The position numbers were made by a program, and so were the translations under genes. Of a stretch of 64,000 bases of DNA, positions 29,426 to 38,710 are shown piece by piece. Position 1 is the stretch's first letter; every line of letters begins with the position of its first letter. The stretch comes from an uncultured Gammaproteobacteria bacterium (GTDB lineage: Bacteria; Pseudomonadota; Gammaproteobacteria; Steroidobacterales; Rariloculaceae): positions 17,126 through 81,125 of the forward strand of contig CAYXIJ010000006.1 in the NCBI GenBank assembly GCA_964465375.1. The letters run 5' to 3'. The notes under the pieces are model-generated. The model was not told the origin of the DNA, did no database searches, and saw only the letters and a list, made by a program, of their open reading frames with translations.

Positions 29426-30361
29426 ATGATTGACTGCCAAGGCATCACAAAAAAATATGCTCACCTAGTTGCCGTAAACGACGTTAGCTTCAAGGTCAGT
29501 CCTGGGGAAGTACTTGGTTTCCTTGGCCCCAACGGGGCCGGCAAAACAACTACCATGCGCATCATCGCCGGGTTCGTAACACCTACGACAGGCCGGGCCC
29601 TGGTGAGTGGGTTTGACGTCGAGTCCCAGAGCATGGAAGCAAAACAAAAAATCGGCTACCTACCCGAAGGTGCGCCAAGCTATCCCGAGATGACCCCCCG
29701 CTCCTTCCTCGAATTTGTCGCGGATGTGCGCGGCCTTACTAAAGGAAAAAAACTGAGTCGCCTAGAAGAGGTATTTGCGCTGCTGCACCTGGAACCTGTT
29801 CTTGAGCAAGCCATTGACACCCTTTCAAAGGGCTACAAACGACGGGTGGGATTGGCCCAGGCTATTCTGCACGACCCGGAAGTCCTTATCCTGGACGAAC
29901 CAACGGATGGACTGGACCCGAACCAGAAACACGAAGTGCGGGGCCTGATCAACCAGATGTCTAAAAACAAAATCATCGTGATCTCCACTCACCTCTTAGA
30001 GGAAGTGGAAGCGGTATGTAACAGAGCCATCATAATCGCAGAAGGGCAAATCTTGGTTGATGACACCCCGTCTAATCTGGAGTCACGCTCCCGCTTTCAC
30101 AATGCAGTTTCTCTCAAGCTGGTTGACCCCTCCCACATAGAAGGGGTACGCGCGGCAATTGAAGCACTAAACGAAGTGACTGCGACCGAGATCGATGCTA
30201 ACAACAACCGTATGACTGCCTTCCCGGCACCTAACAAGATGCCCCTGGCAGCAATTAGCGAACTAGCTACTGCCCAAGGCTGGGAATTTTCGGAGTTTCA
30301 TCTCGAAAGTGGCCGGCTGGATGAGGTCTTTCGTACCATAACTGCCGGTGAAAATGTATGA
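29426..30361 (+). CDS. ABC transporter ATP-binding protein (GldA-like, ABC-2 type)
   Basis: It has Walker A GPNGAGKTT, the signature LSKGYKRR and Walker B ILILDEP. The ORF opens at GTG 29357, but ATG 29426 (MIDCQGITKKY) fits the family N-terminus. Confidence 0.85.
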   Translation: MIDCQGITKKYAHLVAVNDVSFKVSPGEVLGFLGPNGAGKTTTMRIIAGFVTPTTGRALVSGFDVESQSMEAKQKIGYLPEGAPSYPEMTPRSFLEFVADVRGLTKGKKLSRLEEVFALLHLEPVLEQAIDTLSKGYKRRVGLAQAILHDPEVLILDEPTDGLDPNQKHEVRGLINQMSKNKIIVISTHLLEEVEAVCNRAIIIAEGQILVDDTPSNLESRSRFHNAVSLKLVDPSHIEGVRAAIEALNEVTATEIDANNNRMTAFPAPNKMPLAAISELATAQGWEFSEFHLESGRLDEVFRTITAGENV

Positions 30362-31092
30362 ACCGCACATTTGCAATCATGCGCAGGGAACTGATCAGCT
30401 ATTTTTCAACACCCCTTGCCTACGTTTTCATTGTTATCTTTCTTGTGCTGACAAGCACATTTACCTTCTACCTGGGAAATTTCTATGAGCGCGGCCAGGC
30501 AGATCTTTCGCCCTTTTTCAACTTTCATCCTTGGCTCTATCTGTTCCTAGTCCCAGCAATCAGCATGCGACTGTGGGCAGAAGAACGAAAAAGCGGGAGC
30601 ATAGAACTGCTAATGACGCTACCCATCGAGCCCAGAGAAGCTGTACTAGGAAAATTTCTCGCAGCCTGGGCCTTTATCGCCCTCGCCTTGATCCTGACCT
30701 TCCCAATCTGGATTACCGTAAACTTTCTCGGAGACCCAGATAACGGGGTCATCTTTGCGGCCTACCTTGGTAGCCTTTTCATGGCCGGAGGGTTTCTGGC
30801 GGTTGGCGCCTTTATTTCAGCGACCACAAAAAACCAGGTCATTGCCTTTATCCTCTCGGTAGTGGCCTGCTTCGGCTTCCTTCTGGCCGGGTTCTCGCTG
30901 GTCCTGGATCTTTTCTCATCCTGGGCGCCGCAGGCGCTAGTGGATGCCATCGCTAGCCTGAGCTTCCTCACCCATTTCTCAAATATCAGCAAAGGCGTTA
31001 TTGACCTCAGGGATCTTGTCTATTTTTCATTGCTGATCGCAGTCTTTCTGTACGCCAACACAATCATCTTACACCTACGCAAAGCAGACTAA
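30358..31092 (+). CDS. ABC-2 type permease (GldF-like)
   Basis: This is a six-TM 244-aa ORF. Its ATG overlaps the ATPase stop (ATGA, 30358-30361). Confidence 0.8.
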   Translation: MNRTFAIMRRELISYFSTPLAYVFIVIFLVLTSTFTFYLGNFYERGQADLSPFFNFHPWLYLFLVPAISMRLWAEERKSGSIELLMTLPIEPREAVLGKFLAAWAFIALALILTFPIWITVNFLGDPDNGVIFAAYLGSLFMAGGFLAVGAFISATTKNQVIAFILSVVACFGFLLAGFSLVLDLFSSWAPQALVDAIASLSFLTHFSNISKGVIDLRDLVYFSLLIAVFLYANTIILHLRKAD

Positions 31093-31100
31093 GCCGGACG

Positions 31101-32996
31101 ATGACAACACTTCAACAACGCAAGCTCGGATTGTCCTCCCTGGTTCTGCTTGGGCTCATCTTTGTGGCAGCGGTTATGGCCACAAATACGCTCCTTGTAG
31201 GACTCAGAATCGATCTAACCGAGAACAAACTTTACACCGTCTCTCCTGGAACGATTGCCCTTTTAGAGTCTATTGAAGAACCGATCAATCTTTATTATTT
31301 CTTCTCCGACGGCGAGACTGCCGACATTCCATTCCTTCGCGGCTATGCGACACGCGTCCAGGAAACACTCGAAGAGTTTGTGTCAGCTGCGGGAGGTCAA
31401 TTGAATCTTCAGGTAATCGATCCGGTCCCTTTTTCTGAAGACGAGGACAGGGCGGTGCAGTTCGGGCTTGAGCCCGTTAGTCTGGGCACACTCGGTGATG
31501 CAATTTATTTTGGTCTGGCCGGTACCAACAGTGTTGGCGGGGAAGACGTAATCGGTTTCTTTCAGCCCAACAAAGAGAACTTTCTGGAGTACGACCTCGC
31601 CAAACTAATCTATAACCTGTCCAATCCAGACAAGACCGTGATCGGCCTTTTGTCTGATGTAAACATGACTGCGGGCTTCGATCCGCAGACCCAACAAATG
31701 ACCGAGCCCTGGATGATTACCACCCAGGCCAGACAACTCTTCGAGGTCCGTGTTCTGACACCAAGCCTGACCGCCATTGAAGAGGATATTGATCTTCTCT
31801 GGCTGGTCCACCCAAAAGCCATGGATGAGCAGACCACTTATGCAGTTGACCAGTTCGTCTTAAGGGGTGGGCGAGCCCTGATCTTTGTTGACCCTCTGGC
31901 TGAAATCGACAGTGCATCAGCCGGAAATCCAGCCATGGGTGGCTTCCCGGTACCGAGCAGCTCCAACCTTGACCAACTTTTCCAGGCCTGGGGAGTAGTA
32001 TTCTCGGCAGGCGAAGTGGTTACTGACAACATCTACGCACTGAGCATTAACGCTGGCCCCGGCCAGCGCCCGATTCGCCATCCTGGCCTAATCGGGATTC
32101 AGTCCACCTCAATGGACGCCGAGGACATAGTGACCTCTGGACTGAGCTCGATTAACCTGGGTATGGTGGGGCACTTCACGGCACAGGAAGACGCCGAAAT
32201 TGAGCTGGTACCCCTGCTCACTTCAAGCACTGAGTCGGCGACGGTTGCAGCGCAAACGTTCCAGTTTCTTCCTGACCCGGACAGTCTGCTGGATAATTTC
32301 TCGCCCACAGGCGAGACCTACATACTGGCCGCACGCGTACAGGGCCCCCTTAGAACAGCCTTTCCAAACGGGGCCCCGGAAGTTGGGGGTTCGGATGAGG
32401 CTGCGGAAACCGCTCCCGGCTCAAGCCCACAACACCTGAACTCGATCGACAGCGCAAACCTGATTCTAGTCGGAGATGTGGACATCCTGAGTGACCGGCT
32501 TTGGGTACAAGTACAGAGCTTCCTCGGCCAACGTCTGGCCACAACTTTTGCTAACAACGGGGACTTTGTCATTAATGCACTGGACAACCTAAGCGGGAGC
32601 GCCGCCCTGATCGGAATCCGCAGCCGTGCAACTTTCTCCCGCCCCTTCACCACTGTCGACGGGCTACGCCGGGCGGCGGATGCCCGGTTCCGGCAAACGG
32701 AACAACGTCTGCAGGCTGAACTGGACGAGACCGAACAGAAACTGGGAGAACTTCAAGCGGACAGAGACGACGAAACATCGCTGCTGATGAGCTCGGAGCA
32801 ACGGACGGAGATTCAGCGTTTCCTGGACGAGCAGGTACGGATTCGGCAGGAGCTTAGGGCTGTCCAGCTCGACCTAAACCGTAGCATTGATCAGCTTGGA
32901 ACTACGTTGAAGGTGATCAACATAGGCCTGGTTCCGGTTTTGTTGACTATTCTCGCGCTAGCGATGGTATCCCTGCGCCGACGCAGGACAGGATAG
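31101..32996 (+). CDS. GldG-like ABC transporter auxiliary protein
   Basis: It has an N-terminal TM, then RIDLTENKLYTVSPGT...EPINLYYFFS typical of GldG/ABC_transp_aux. A C-terminal coiled coil and TM anchor follow. Confidence 0.7.
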   Translation: MTTLQQRKLGLSSLVLLGLIFVAAVMATNTLLVGLRIDLTENKLYTVSPGTIALLESIEEPINLYYFFSDGETADIPFLRGYATRVQETLEEFVSAAGGQLNLQVIDPVPFSEDEDRAVQFGLEPVSLGTLGDAIYFGLAGTNSVGGEDVIGFFQPNKENFLEYDLAKLIYNLSNPDKTVIGLLSDVNMTAGFDPQTQQMTEPWMITTQARQLFEVRVLTPSLTAIEEDIDLLWLVHPKAMDEQTTYAVDQFVLRGGRALIFVDPLAEIDSASAGNPAMGGFPVPSSSNLDQLFQAWGVVFSAGEVVTDNIYALSINAGPGQRPIRHPGLIGIQSTSMDAEDIVTSGLSSINLGMVGHFTAQEDAEIELVPLLTSSTESATVAAQTFQFLPDPDSLLDNFSPTGETYILAARVQGPLRTAFPNGAPEVGGSDEAAETAPGSSPQHLNSIDSANLILVGDVDILSDRLWVQVQSFLGQRLATTFANNGDFVINALDNLSGSAALIGIRSRATFSRPFTTVDGLRRAADARFRQTEQRLQAELDETEQKLGELQADRDDETSLLMSSEQRTEIQRFLDEQVRIRQELRAVQLDLNRSIDQLGTTLKVINIGLVPVLLTILALAMVSLRRRRTG

Positions 32997-33000
32997 GCCC

Positions 33001-34041
33001 ATGAACAATCGAACAGTACTGATACTTCTTGGTGTAGCGGCAGTGCTGATACTACTTGCCTCGCTTGGAAGTCTGCAGAAAGAGCCGGAAAGTACTCAGG
33101 CGGGCCGTCTCTTTTTCCCGGAACTGGAGTCAATCCTGGGCGAGGCAAATCAGGTAACGGTCCTAAGGGCCGGAAATGAACCTGTCGCAACGCTGCAGCG
33201 CACTACCGAGGCCTGGACTGTTGCGGAAAGGGACGGATACCCGGCCGACTTTGCCAAGTTTCGGTCCGGCTTGCTTGACCTGGCAGAAGCCCGTGTAGTG
33301 GAGGTCAAGACATCGGACCCGGACCAATACGGCCGACTCGGGGTCGAGGACGTGTCTCAGAATATGGCGACCGGCGTCGCGGTAAGAATCGAGTCCCCGG
33401 ATGACTCGGCGACTGTCCTCGTTGGAGAAGCTGAAGGGGAATACCGCTACCTCCGCCAGGCAGACCAGGCTGAAAGTTACCTGGTTGATCGGAACCCTGA
33501 TTTCGGAACCGAAACGACGGACTGGCTAGACACGAGTCTTCTCGACATCAGCGGGGAACGAGTCCAGCAGGTGAGCGTTGCGCATCCAGACGGGGAAACG
33601 GTCCTGGTTCAAAAAACCGATGCGGCACAAGCCAATTTTTCCGTGGAGAACATACCCGAAGGGCGTGAACTACTCTATGACAGTGTTGCGAATGTGATGG
33701 GGAGCGTTCTGGAACGTCTGCGTTTCGATGACGTAGCAAAAGCAGGTGAAGTTGAGGACACGATTCTGGTCGAGTTTCTTACCTTCGACGGACTACACAT
33801 GACAGCAGAGGCATCGGAAATCAATGACCAAGGCTGGGTTCGTTTCACGGCAAACCATACGCTGGCCGAGGCAGGCCTGGGAGCCGGGCCGGAGGAAAGC
33901 GGACCAGACGCGGAGACAGAAGTGGCTGAGCTCAACCGGCGCCTTTCCGGTTGGACCTTCCAGATCCCGAGATTCAAATATGAGCAGATGACGCGTAGCA
34001 TTGAGGACCTACTGCAGTCGGAGCCTGAACCGAGCCCCTAA
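33001..34041 (+). CDS. DUF4340-like membrane-anchored protein
   Basis: It has an N-terminal TM and lies directly after the gldG-like gene, which is the usual DUF4340 context. Assignment rests on context and size only. Confidence 0.5.
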   Translation: MNNRTVLILLGVAAVLILLASLGSLQKEPESTQAGRLFFPELESILGEANQVTVLRAGNEPVATLQRTTEAWTVAERDGYPADFAKFRSGLLDLAEARVVEVKTSDPDQYGRLGVEDVSQNMATGVAVRIESPDDSATVLVGEAEGEYRYLRQADQAESYLVDRNPDFGTETTDWLDTSLLDISGERVQQVSVAHPDGETVLVQKTDAAQANFSVENIPEGRELLYDSVANVMGSVLERLRFDDVAKAGEVEDTILVEFLTFDGLHMTAEASEINDQGWVRFTANHTLAEAGLGAGPEESGPDAETEVAELNRRLSGWTFQIPRFKYEQMTRSIEDLLQSEPEPSP

Positions 34042-34165
34042 TAGAACAGCCTTTCCCCAGTCACAAAAACAAACCCGGCTAGATTCAATGAATGCTATCC
34101 AATGAAAATGTTAGATACGCTGATAAATGAATTAAATAACCCAGAAAATTTTAAGGATTAAGCCG

Positions 34166-35065
34166 ATTCCTAAAAAAAATTTTTGCATCCTAGTCAACCC
34201 GGTTTCTGGTGGCGGGAAAACCACCAAAATTTTTTCCAAAATTCAACCACTCTTTGATACTCCTTTTGTCGAAAGCACTCAGCATTTCAGTGATCATCCT
34301 GGGTTTATTACGGATTTTGTTATCAATAATAATTTGTCTGAGTTTGATGGCTTATGTGTTCTGGGTGGAGACGGCACCATTCATGAAACGGTCCTCGGCC
34401 TGATGAAGTCAGGCCAGGGGCGAAGCGTTCCTCTGGGGATCATCCCTGGCGGAACCGGCAATGCTTTTGTTGGAGATTTAGGATGCAAGGATCCGGTTCA
34501 GGCAGCCAATCAAATCATTGATGGCAAAGTAAGCTTGATAGATATTATGCGGATCACACAGAGAGAAGAAATCACTTACGCATTTAATGTTATTGGCTGG
34601 GGGATGGCTTCAGACGTGAATATTCAGGCAGAACGGCTGCGGTGGCTTGGAAATAGTCGGTACTCTTTTGCAGCTGTTATAAACATTATGAAATTTTTTA
34701 AAAAACGTTGCTTGAAAATGACGTTAGCTGGTGAAGTGATTGACTGTAACAGCCTCTTCTTTGTTGCTCTAAATACCATCCATACCGGAAAAGGCATGAA
34801 AATGGCTCCCCGCGCAAAGTTAAATGATGGCTTGATTGATACAATTTTAGTCAGAGACGTATCGAAATTAAGAGCACTGAAAATTTTCACACAGGTATTT
34901 TTTGGAGACCATATTTCTGATCCGTCAGTTGAATATCGGCAGGTAAAAAAATTTTCTATTCATACCAAAGAAGATTTTCTGAATATTGATGGCGAAAATA
35001 CTGGTCAAACGCCGATTGAGGTTTCCATGATACCCAATGCATTGCAAATCTTTGCCGACCTTTAA
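34166..35065 (+). CDS. Diacylglycerol-kinase-family lipid kinase (YegS/LCB5-like); start codon uncertain (candidate ATT 34166)
   Basis: The frame is open from 34136 and encodes the conserved N-terminus (I)PKKNFCILVNPVSGGGK...FDGLCVLGGDGTIHE. There is no ATG/GTG/TTG/CTG before TTG 34334. AAGGA (34153-34157) lies 8 nt upstream of ATT 34166. Confidence 0.65.
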   Translation: MPKKNFCILVNPVSGGGKTTKIFSKIQPLFDTPFVESTQHFSDHPGFITDFVINNNLSEFDGLCVLGGDGTIHETVLGLMKSGQGRSVPLGIIPGGTGNAFVGDLGCKDPVQAANQIIDGKVSLIDIMRITQREEITYAFNVIGWGMASDVNIQAERLRWLGNSRYSFAAVINIMKFFKKRCLKMTLAGEVIDCNSLFFVALNTIHTGKGMKMAPRAKLNDGLIDTILVRDVSKLRALKIFTQVFFGDHISDPSVEYRQVKKFSIHTKEDFLNIDGENTGQTPIEVSMIPNALQIFADL

Positions 35066-35086
35066 AACTTACAGCGCACTTCTTAA

Positions 35087-35434
35087 CTAAAAATCATACT
35101 GAAAAAAAACACCACATTGAATTTGCATGGAGTTTCTTCTTCTGAAAAATTTTGGCCTCTGTTGGTGAGACGGTGAAACAAATTCAATCTGCCAATGAGG
35201 CTCGATTCTTTTTTTTGAAAAGCTAATATATTTATTTTTAGAGCGTTTTTTTGTAGCGTAGTAGATCAGACCACCAACTACAACAACCGCTGCAATAATT
35301 GCCGCCGCATTGCTATCATCGTCGTCGTGAACACATTCAGGTGGTGGGGGATAAACAGCAATACAGACCTCATGAGCTGCCCAAACCATATTTGAGTACA
35401 ATGCTAGTCCAGCAATTAAAATAAGTTTCTTCAT
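35087..35434 (-). CDS. Small single-pass membrane protein, unknown function
   Basis: 115 aa with a signal peptide. A short Cys/Pro/Asp-rich ectodomain (VYPPPPECVHDDDD), one TM and a basic tail follow. The DNA is AT-rich. Confidence 0.4.
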   Translation of the reverse strand: MKKLILIAGLALYSNMVWAAHEVCIAVYPPPPECVHDDDDSNAAAIIAAVVVVGGLIYYATKKRSKNKYISFSKKRIEPHWQIEFVSPSHQQRPKFFRRRNSMQIQCGVFFQYDF

Positions 35435-35522
35435 TCTAAAAATATATCATTCTCGGCAAGCCAAAGGGCCAAGACAGATCGAATCAGGAATAAAAAAGAA
35501 TAACTTTCGAGGAGATAAGAGT

Positions 35523-36218
35523 ATGAAAAATTTTAAAAAATTATTTGTACAACCACCTACTGCCTTGGCCTTGTGTGCAGCTGCGGTTTCTTTGAATTGC
35601 TTTGGGCAAAATCTGAGCCTAGACAGCTTGAACGGGTTACAAGCTCATAAGGTTGCACAAGAAATATCGAACCATCTCGGCCAGACTGCTGTCCATGTTA
35701 CTGATCCAGGAGATTTTACCGGGAACAACGAAGACAAGCTTGTCATCATTGAAGGTGTTGAATTTGAGGATGGCGTTATTGAGGTAAATCTTGCTGGAGC
35801 ACCCGGCAGTCACGCGGGGGAAAATGCTCGTGGTTTCGTTGGTGTTGCCTTTCATATTTCTGCTGATGTATCTAGCTTCGAAGCTTTCTATTTGAGACCG
35901 ACAAATGGTAGAGCTAACGACCAACTTCGTCGAAATCACTCTGCCCAATACATCTCTTACCCGGATTATCCCTGGTATCGTCTACGCGAAGAGACGCCGG
36001 GGATGTACGAGTCCTATGTTGATCTTGTGCCTGGCGAATGGATGCGAGTACGGATTGAGGTTGCGGGAATAAAGGCGCACCTTTACGTAAATGGGTCAGA
36101 GCAACCGAACTTGATTGTCAATGATTTAAAATTAGGCAATAAAACAGGTGCAATTGGGCTCTGGATAGGCCCAGGAACAGATGCTTATTTCTCTGACCTC
36201 ATGGTCACCAGACAATAA
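35523..36218 (+). CDS. Exported concanavalin/LamG-like (DUF1080-like) protein
   Basis: It has GAGGAG upstream and a signal peptide. The C-terminal pattern (WMRVRIEVAGIKAHLYVNGSEQP...GAIGLWIGPGTDAYFSDL) is typical of a DUF1080/LamG jelly-roll. Confidence 0.5.
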   Translation: MKNFKKLFVQPPTALALCAAAVSLNCFGQNLSLDSLNGLQAHKVAQEISNHLGQTAVHVTDPGDFTGNNEDKLVIIEGVEFEDGVIEVNLAGAPGSHAGENARGFVGVAFHISADVSSFEAFYLRPTNGRANDQLRRNHSAQYISYPDYPWYRLREETPGMYESYVDLVPGEWMRVRIEVAGIKAHLYVNGSEQPNLIVNDLKLGNKTGAIGLWIGPGTDAYFSDLMVTRQ

Positions 36219-36254
36219 TTTAAAGTATTTTTAATTGACTAAGGTTTTGCCCCG

Positions 36255-37634
36255 ATGAAAAAAACATGGGCAGTCACTGGCCTTCGCCTGCACCGATTGC
36301 ATTTGGTTCTTCTGGTTTTTGCCCTAGTGCCTGCTGTAGCTGCTGCACAAAGTACAGCTGACTTACTCGACCCAATACCCGGTCCGCGAGACTGTTTCTG
36401 GGCGAGGGGACCCCATAGTTCGGATCCTTATATCAACTTGGCTTACCCGGATGCCAACGTATTTTACTGGGCCGCGGCATTTACAATTCCTCAAGGGACT
36501 AGGTTTTCGATCGAAGGACACTATCCCTATTCACGATACATGTCTTTCATTAGTTACGATGAACGTGGTAGGCCTATTGAGTCACTTGCTGATTATTTAA
36601 TTGAATCCGACTCCCACAACCCCTTTATCTCCGAAAGCCCAAGAGATAACAATAACCGCGAATACAAGATAGATATTTTAAATGCCCATCCGACGTCTGA
36701 TCGTCAAGTGGGGGAAATTCTTAGCATGGACAGCAACAATGTCCTGCATGCTCCTGCCTACGGGGCGGGACAACAAGTGATCCTTTATCGAATTTACCTG
36801 CCTGATGAAGGCAAAGCCCCCGGCGGCGGTGTGAACCTACCGTCCCCGGTACTGATTCTGGAAGATGGCACGGAACTCCGAGGCAGTGATGCCTGTGAGA
36901 CCCTTCAGACAGATCAACAGGTGGCAATCACTATCGATGCCCTGGGAATCCCGACCCAGCAGTACCGTGAGCTTATCTCGCAGCCAAACAAACCCGATAC
37001 CTGGCCCGCACATAATCCGCCGGAATGGTTTATCCAGCTTGACCGTCAAAGCTTGATCGGAATGTATACGGGTGACATTGATCCTGATGCACCAAGAAGC
37101 GAGGGAGGTTTTTATCCAAACCTTGATAACCATTACATCAGGACAATAGTTAACCGGAAGCATGGAAAAGTTTTGCTTATAAGAGGTATGGCCCCCACTA
37201 CTCCGAAAACTTATCACGGAGAAACCCCGATGGGGGCTGGTGAACTTCGTTACTGGTCAGTGTGCTCCAATCAAAGCTTCGTCAATACACGGGTGAACGA
37301 CTGCGTGTTTGATGAAGAAATACCCGTGAGTGTGAACGGCTTGTACACAATCGCTATCAGTAGGCCTGAAGATCGGCCAAGAAACGCCATCAAAGAATGT
37401 GGAATTGCCTGGCTTCCAATGGCCCGGGATGGGGATGGAATGTTTGACCCGGACGTAACCATTGTCCAAATCAGGCACATGCTGTCGGCGCCTGATTTCG
37501 ACTACTCTATCCAGCGGGTTCATAAACAAAGTGACCTGAAAAGTACGATGGGGCCCTATATGCCAAGGTCAAGATATCTCATGCCGAATCAAGTGGAAAC
37601 AATTTTTCCTTGTTTATTAAACACCGCGCAATAA
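36255..37634 (+). CDS. Exported 459-aa protein of unknown function
   Basis: It has a signal peptide (LVLLVFALVPAVAAAQS) and a long clean ORF. I recognise no motif. Confidence 0.5.
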   Translation: MKKTWAVTGLRLHRLHLVLLVFALVPAVAAAQSTADLLDPIPGPRDCFWARGPHSSDPYINLAYPDANVFYWAAAFTIPQGTRFSIEGHYPYSRYMSFISYDERGRPIESLADYLIESDSHNPFISESPRDNNNREYKIDILNAHPTSDRQVGEILSMDSNNVLHAPAYGAGQQVILYRIYLPDEGKAPGGGVNLPSPVLILEDGTELRGSDACETLQTDQQVAITIDALGIPTQQYRELISQPNKPDTWPAHNPPEWFIQLDRQSLIGMYTGDIDPDAPRSEGGFYPNLDNHYIRTIVNRKHGKVLLIRGMAPTTPKTYHGETPMGAGELRYWSVCSNQSFVNTRVNDCVFDEEIPVSVNGLYTIAISRPEDRPRNAIKECGIAWLPMARDGDGMFDPDVTIVQIRHMLSAPDFDYSIQRVHKQSDLKSTMGPYMPRSRYLMPNQVETIFPCLLNTAQ

Positions 37635-37696
37635 AATTTTCGACACAAATTTTCGGAAAGATAAAAAAGAATTGGCGAGGATAGGAGAACCGGCCC

Positions 37697-38710
37697 TTAT
37701 TCTGGCAATTTAATCATCAGCTTACCGAAATTCTTGCCGCTGAACAGCCTGAGCAAAGTATCCGGAAAGATATCGACCGGACCTTCTGTGATGTCTTCAC
37801 GACAGACAATTTTTCCTTCAGCACGCCAGGACGCCAAATCCTTCAGCATCCCAGGCCACTTGTCACGGAAGTCAAAATAGATGAATCCCTCCATGCGGGA
37901 GCGCCGCATCAACAGCCTTATATAATTGCTCGGACCCTGAAAGGATTTGGTTTCGTTGTACTGGGAAATAGCACCGCAGATTACCACGCGCGCACCCACA
38001 TTGATGAAGGTCAACCCGGTGTTCAGCGTATCGCCCCCGACATTGTCAAAAAACAGGTCGACACCCTCCGGACAAGCCTGGCCGAGGCTCTTGTAAAGGT
38101 TCCCTTTTTTGTAGTCGATCACATCATCGAATCCGAGCTCATCGATCAGATAAGCACACTTTTCGGGCCCACCCGCAATACCTACAGCCCTTCCTCCTTT
38201 GAGCTTGGCGATTTGCCCCACATGGGCCCCGACCGAACCCGCGGCCCCGGAGACCAGCACCGTGTTACCGGCCTGAAGCTGTCCAACTTCGAGCAATCCA
38301 CAATAGGCAGTTAAGCCTGCTATGCCGAACGTATTCAGATAGGTCGGGGGGGGCGCCAATCCGGTATCGATCTTCATGTACTGGGAGCCGTCCGAGATCG
38401 CATAATCCTGGACCCCGTCTATTCCAGCAACCCAATCGCCCACCCGGTGGGTGCCACTGTTCGACGCGACAACCTCGCCAACCGTGAGTGCACGCATGAC
38501 CGCCCCAAGACCAAGCACAGGGACATAGGAAGGCCTGTCATTCATCCAGCCCCGCATTGCAGGATCAACCGAGATATAGCGTACTTTGACCAGAACCTCT
38601 TCCGGGCCAGGCTCTGACACTGGCTCTTCTGTGATAGCCCAATCCGACGGTTTCGGGAGACCTTCCGGACGCGCGGCCAGTTGTACCTGACGGTTCAAGC
38701 GTTTACTCAT
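37697..38710 (-). CDS. NADP-dependent oxidoreductase (MDR superfamily, YncB/CurA/PTGR-like)
   Basis: The N-terminus LAARPEGLPKPSDW...VLVKVRYISVDPAMRGWM and the cofactor motif VSGAAGSVG identify it. The ORF opens at 38773, but ATG 38710 (MSKRLNRQV) is preferred. Confidence 0.8.
   Translation of the reverse strand: MSKRLNRQVQLAARPEGLPKPSDWAITEEPVSEPGPEEVLVKVRYISVDPAMRGWMNDRPSYVPVLGLGAVMRALTVGEVVASNSGTHRVGDWVAGIDGVQDYAISDGSQYMKIDTGLAPPPTYLNTFGIAGLTAYCGLLEVGQLQAGNTVLVSGAAGSVGAHVGQIAKLKGGRAVGIAGGPEKCAYLIDELGFDDVIDYKKGNLYKSLGQACPEGVDLFFDNVGGDTLNTGLTFINVGARVVICGAISQYNETKSFQGPSNYIRLLMRRSRMEGFIYFDFRDKWPGMLKDLASWRAEGKIVCREDITEGPVDIFPDTLLRLFSGKNFGKLMIKLPE

Noticed and set aside
34209-34403. A 64-aa ORF is listed upstream of and overlapping the lipid-kinase ORF.
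   Set aside because: It is out of frame with, and overlaps, the conserved NPxSGxGK...GGDGT N-terminus of the kinase, which reads through in the other frame.
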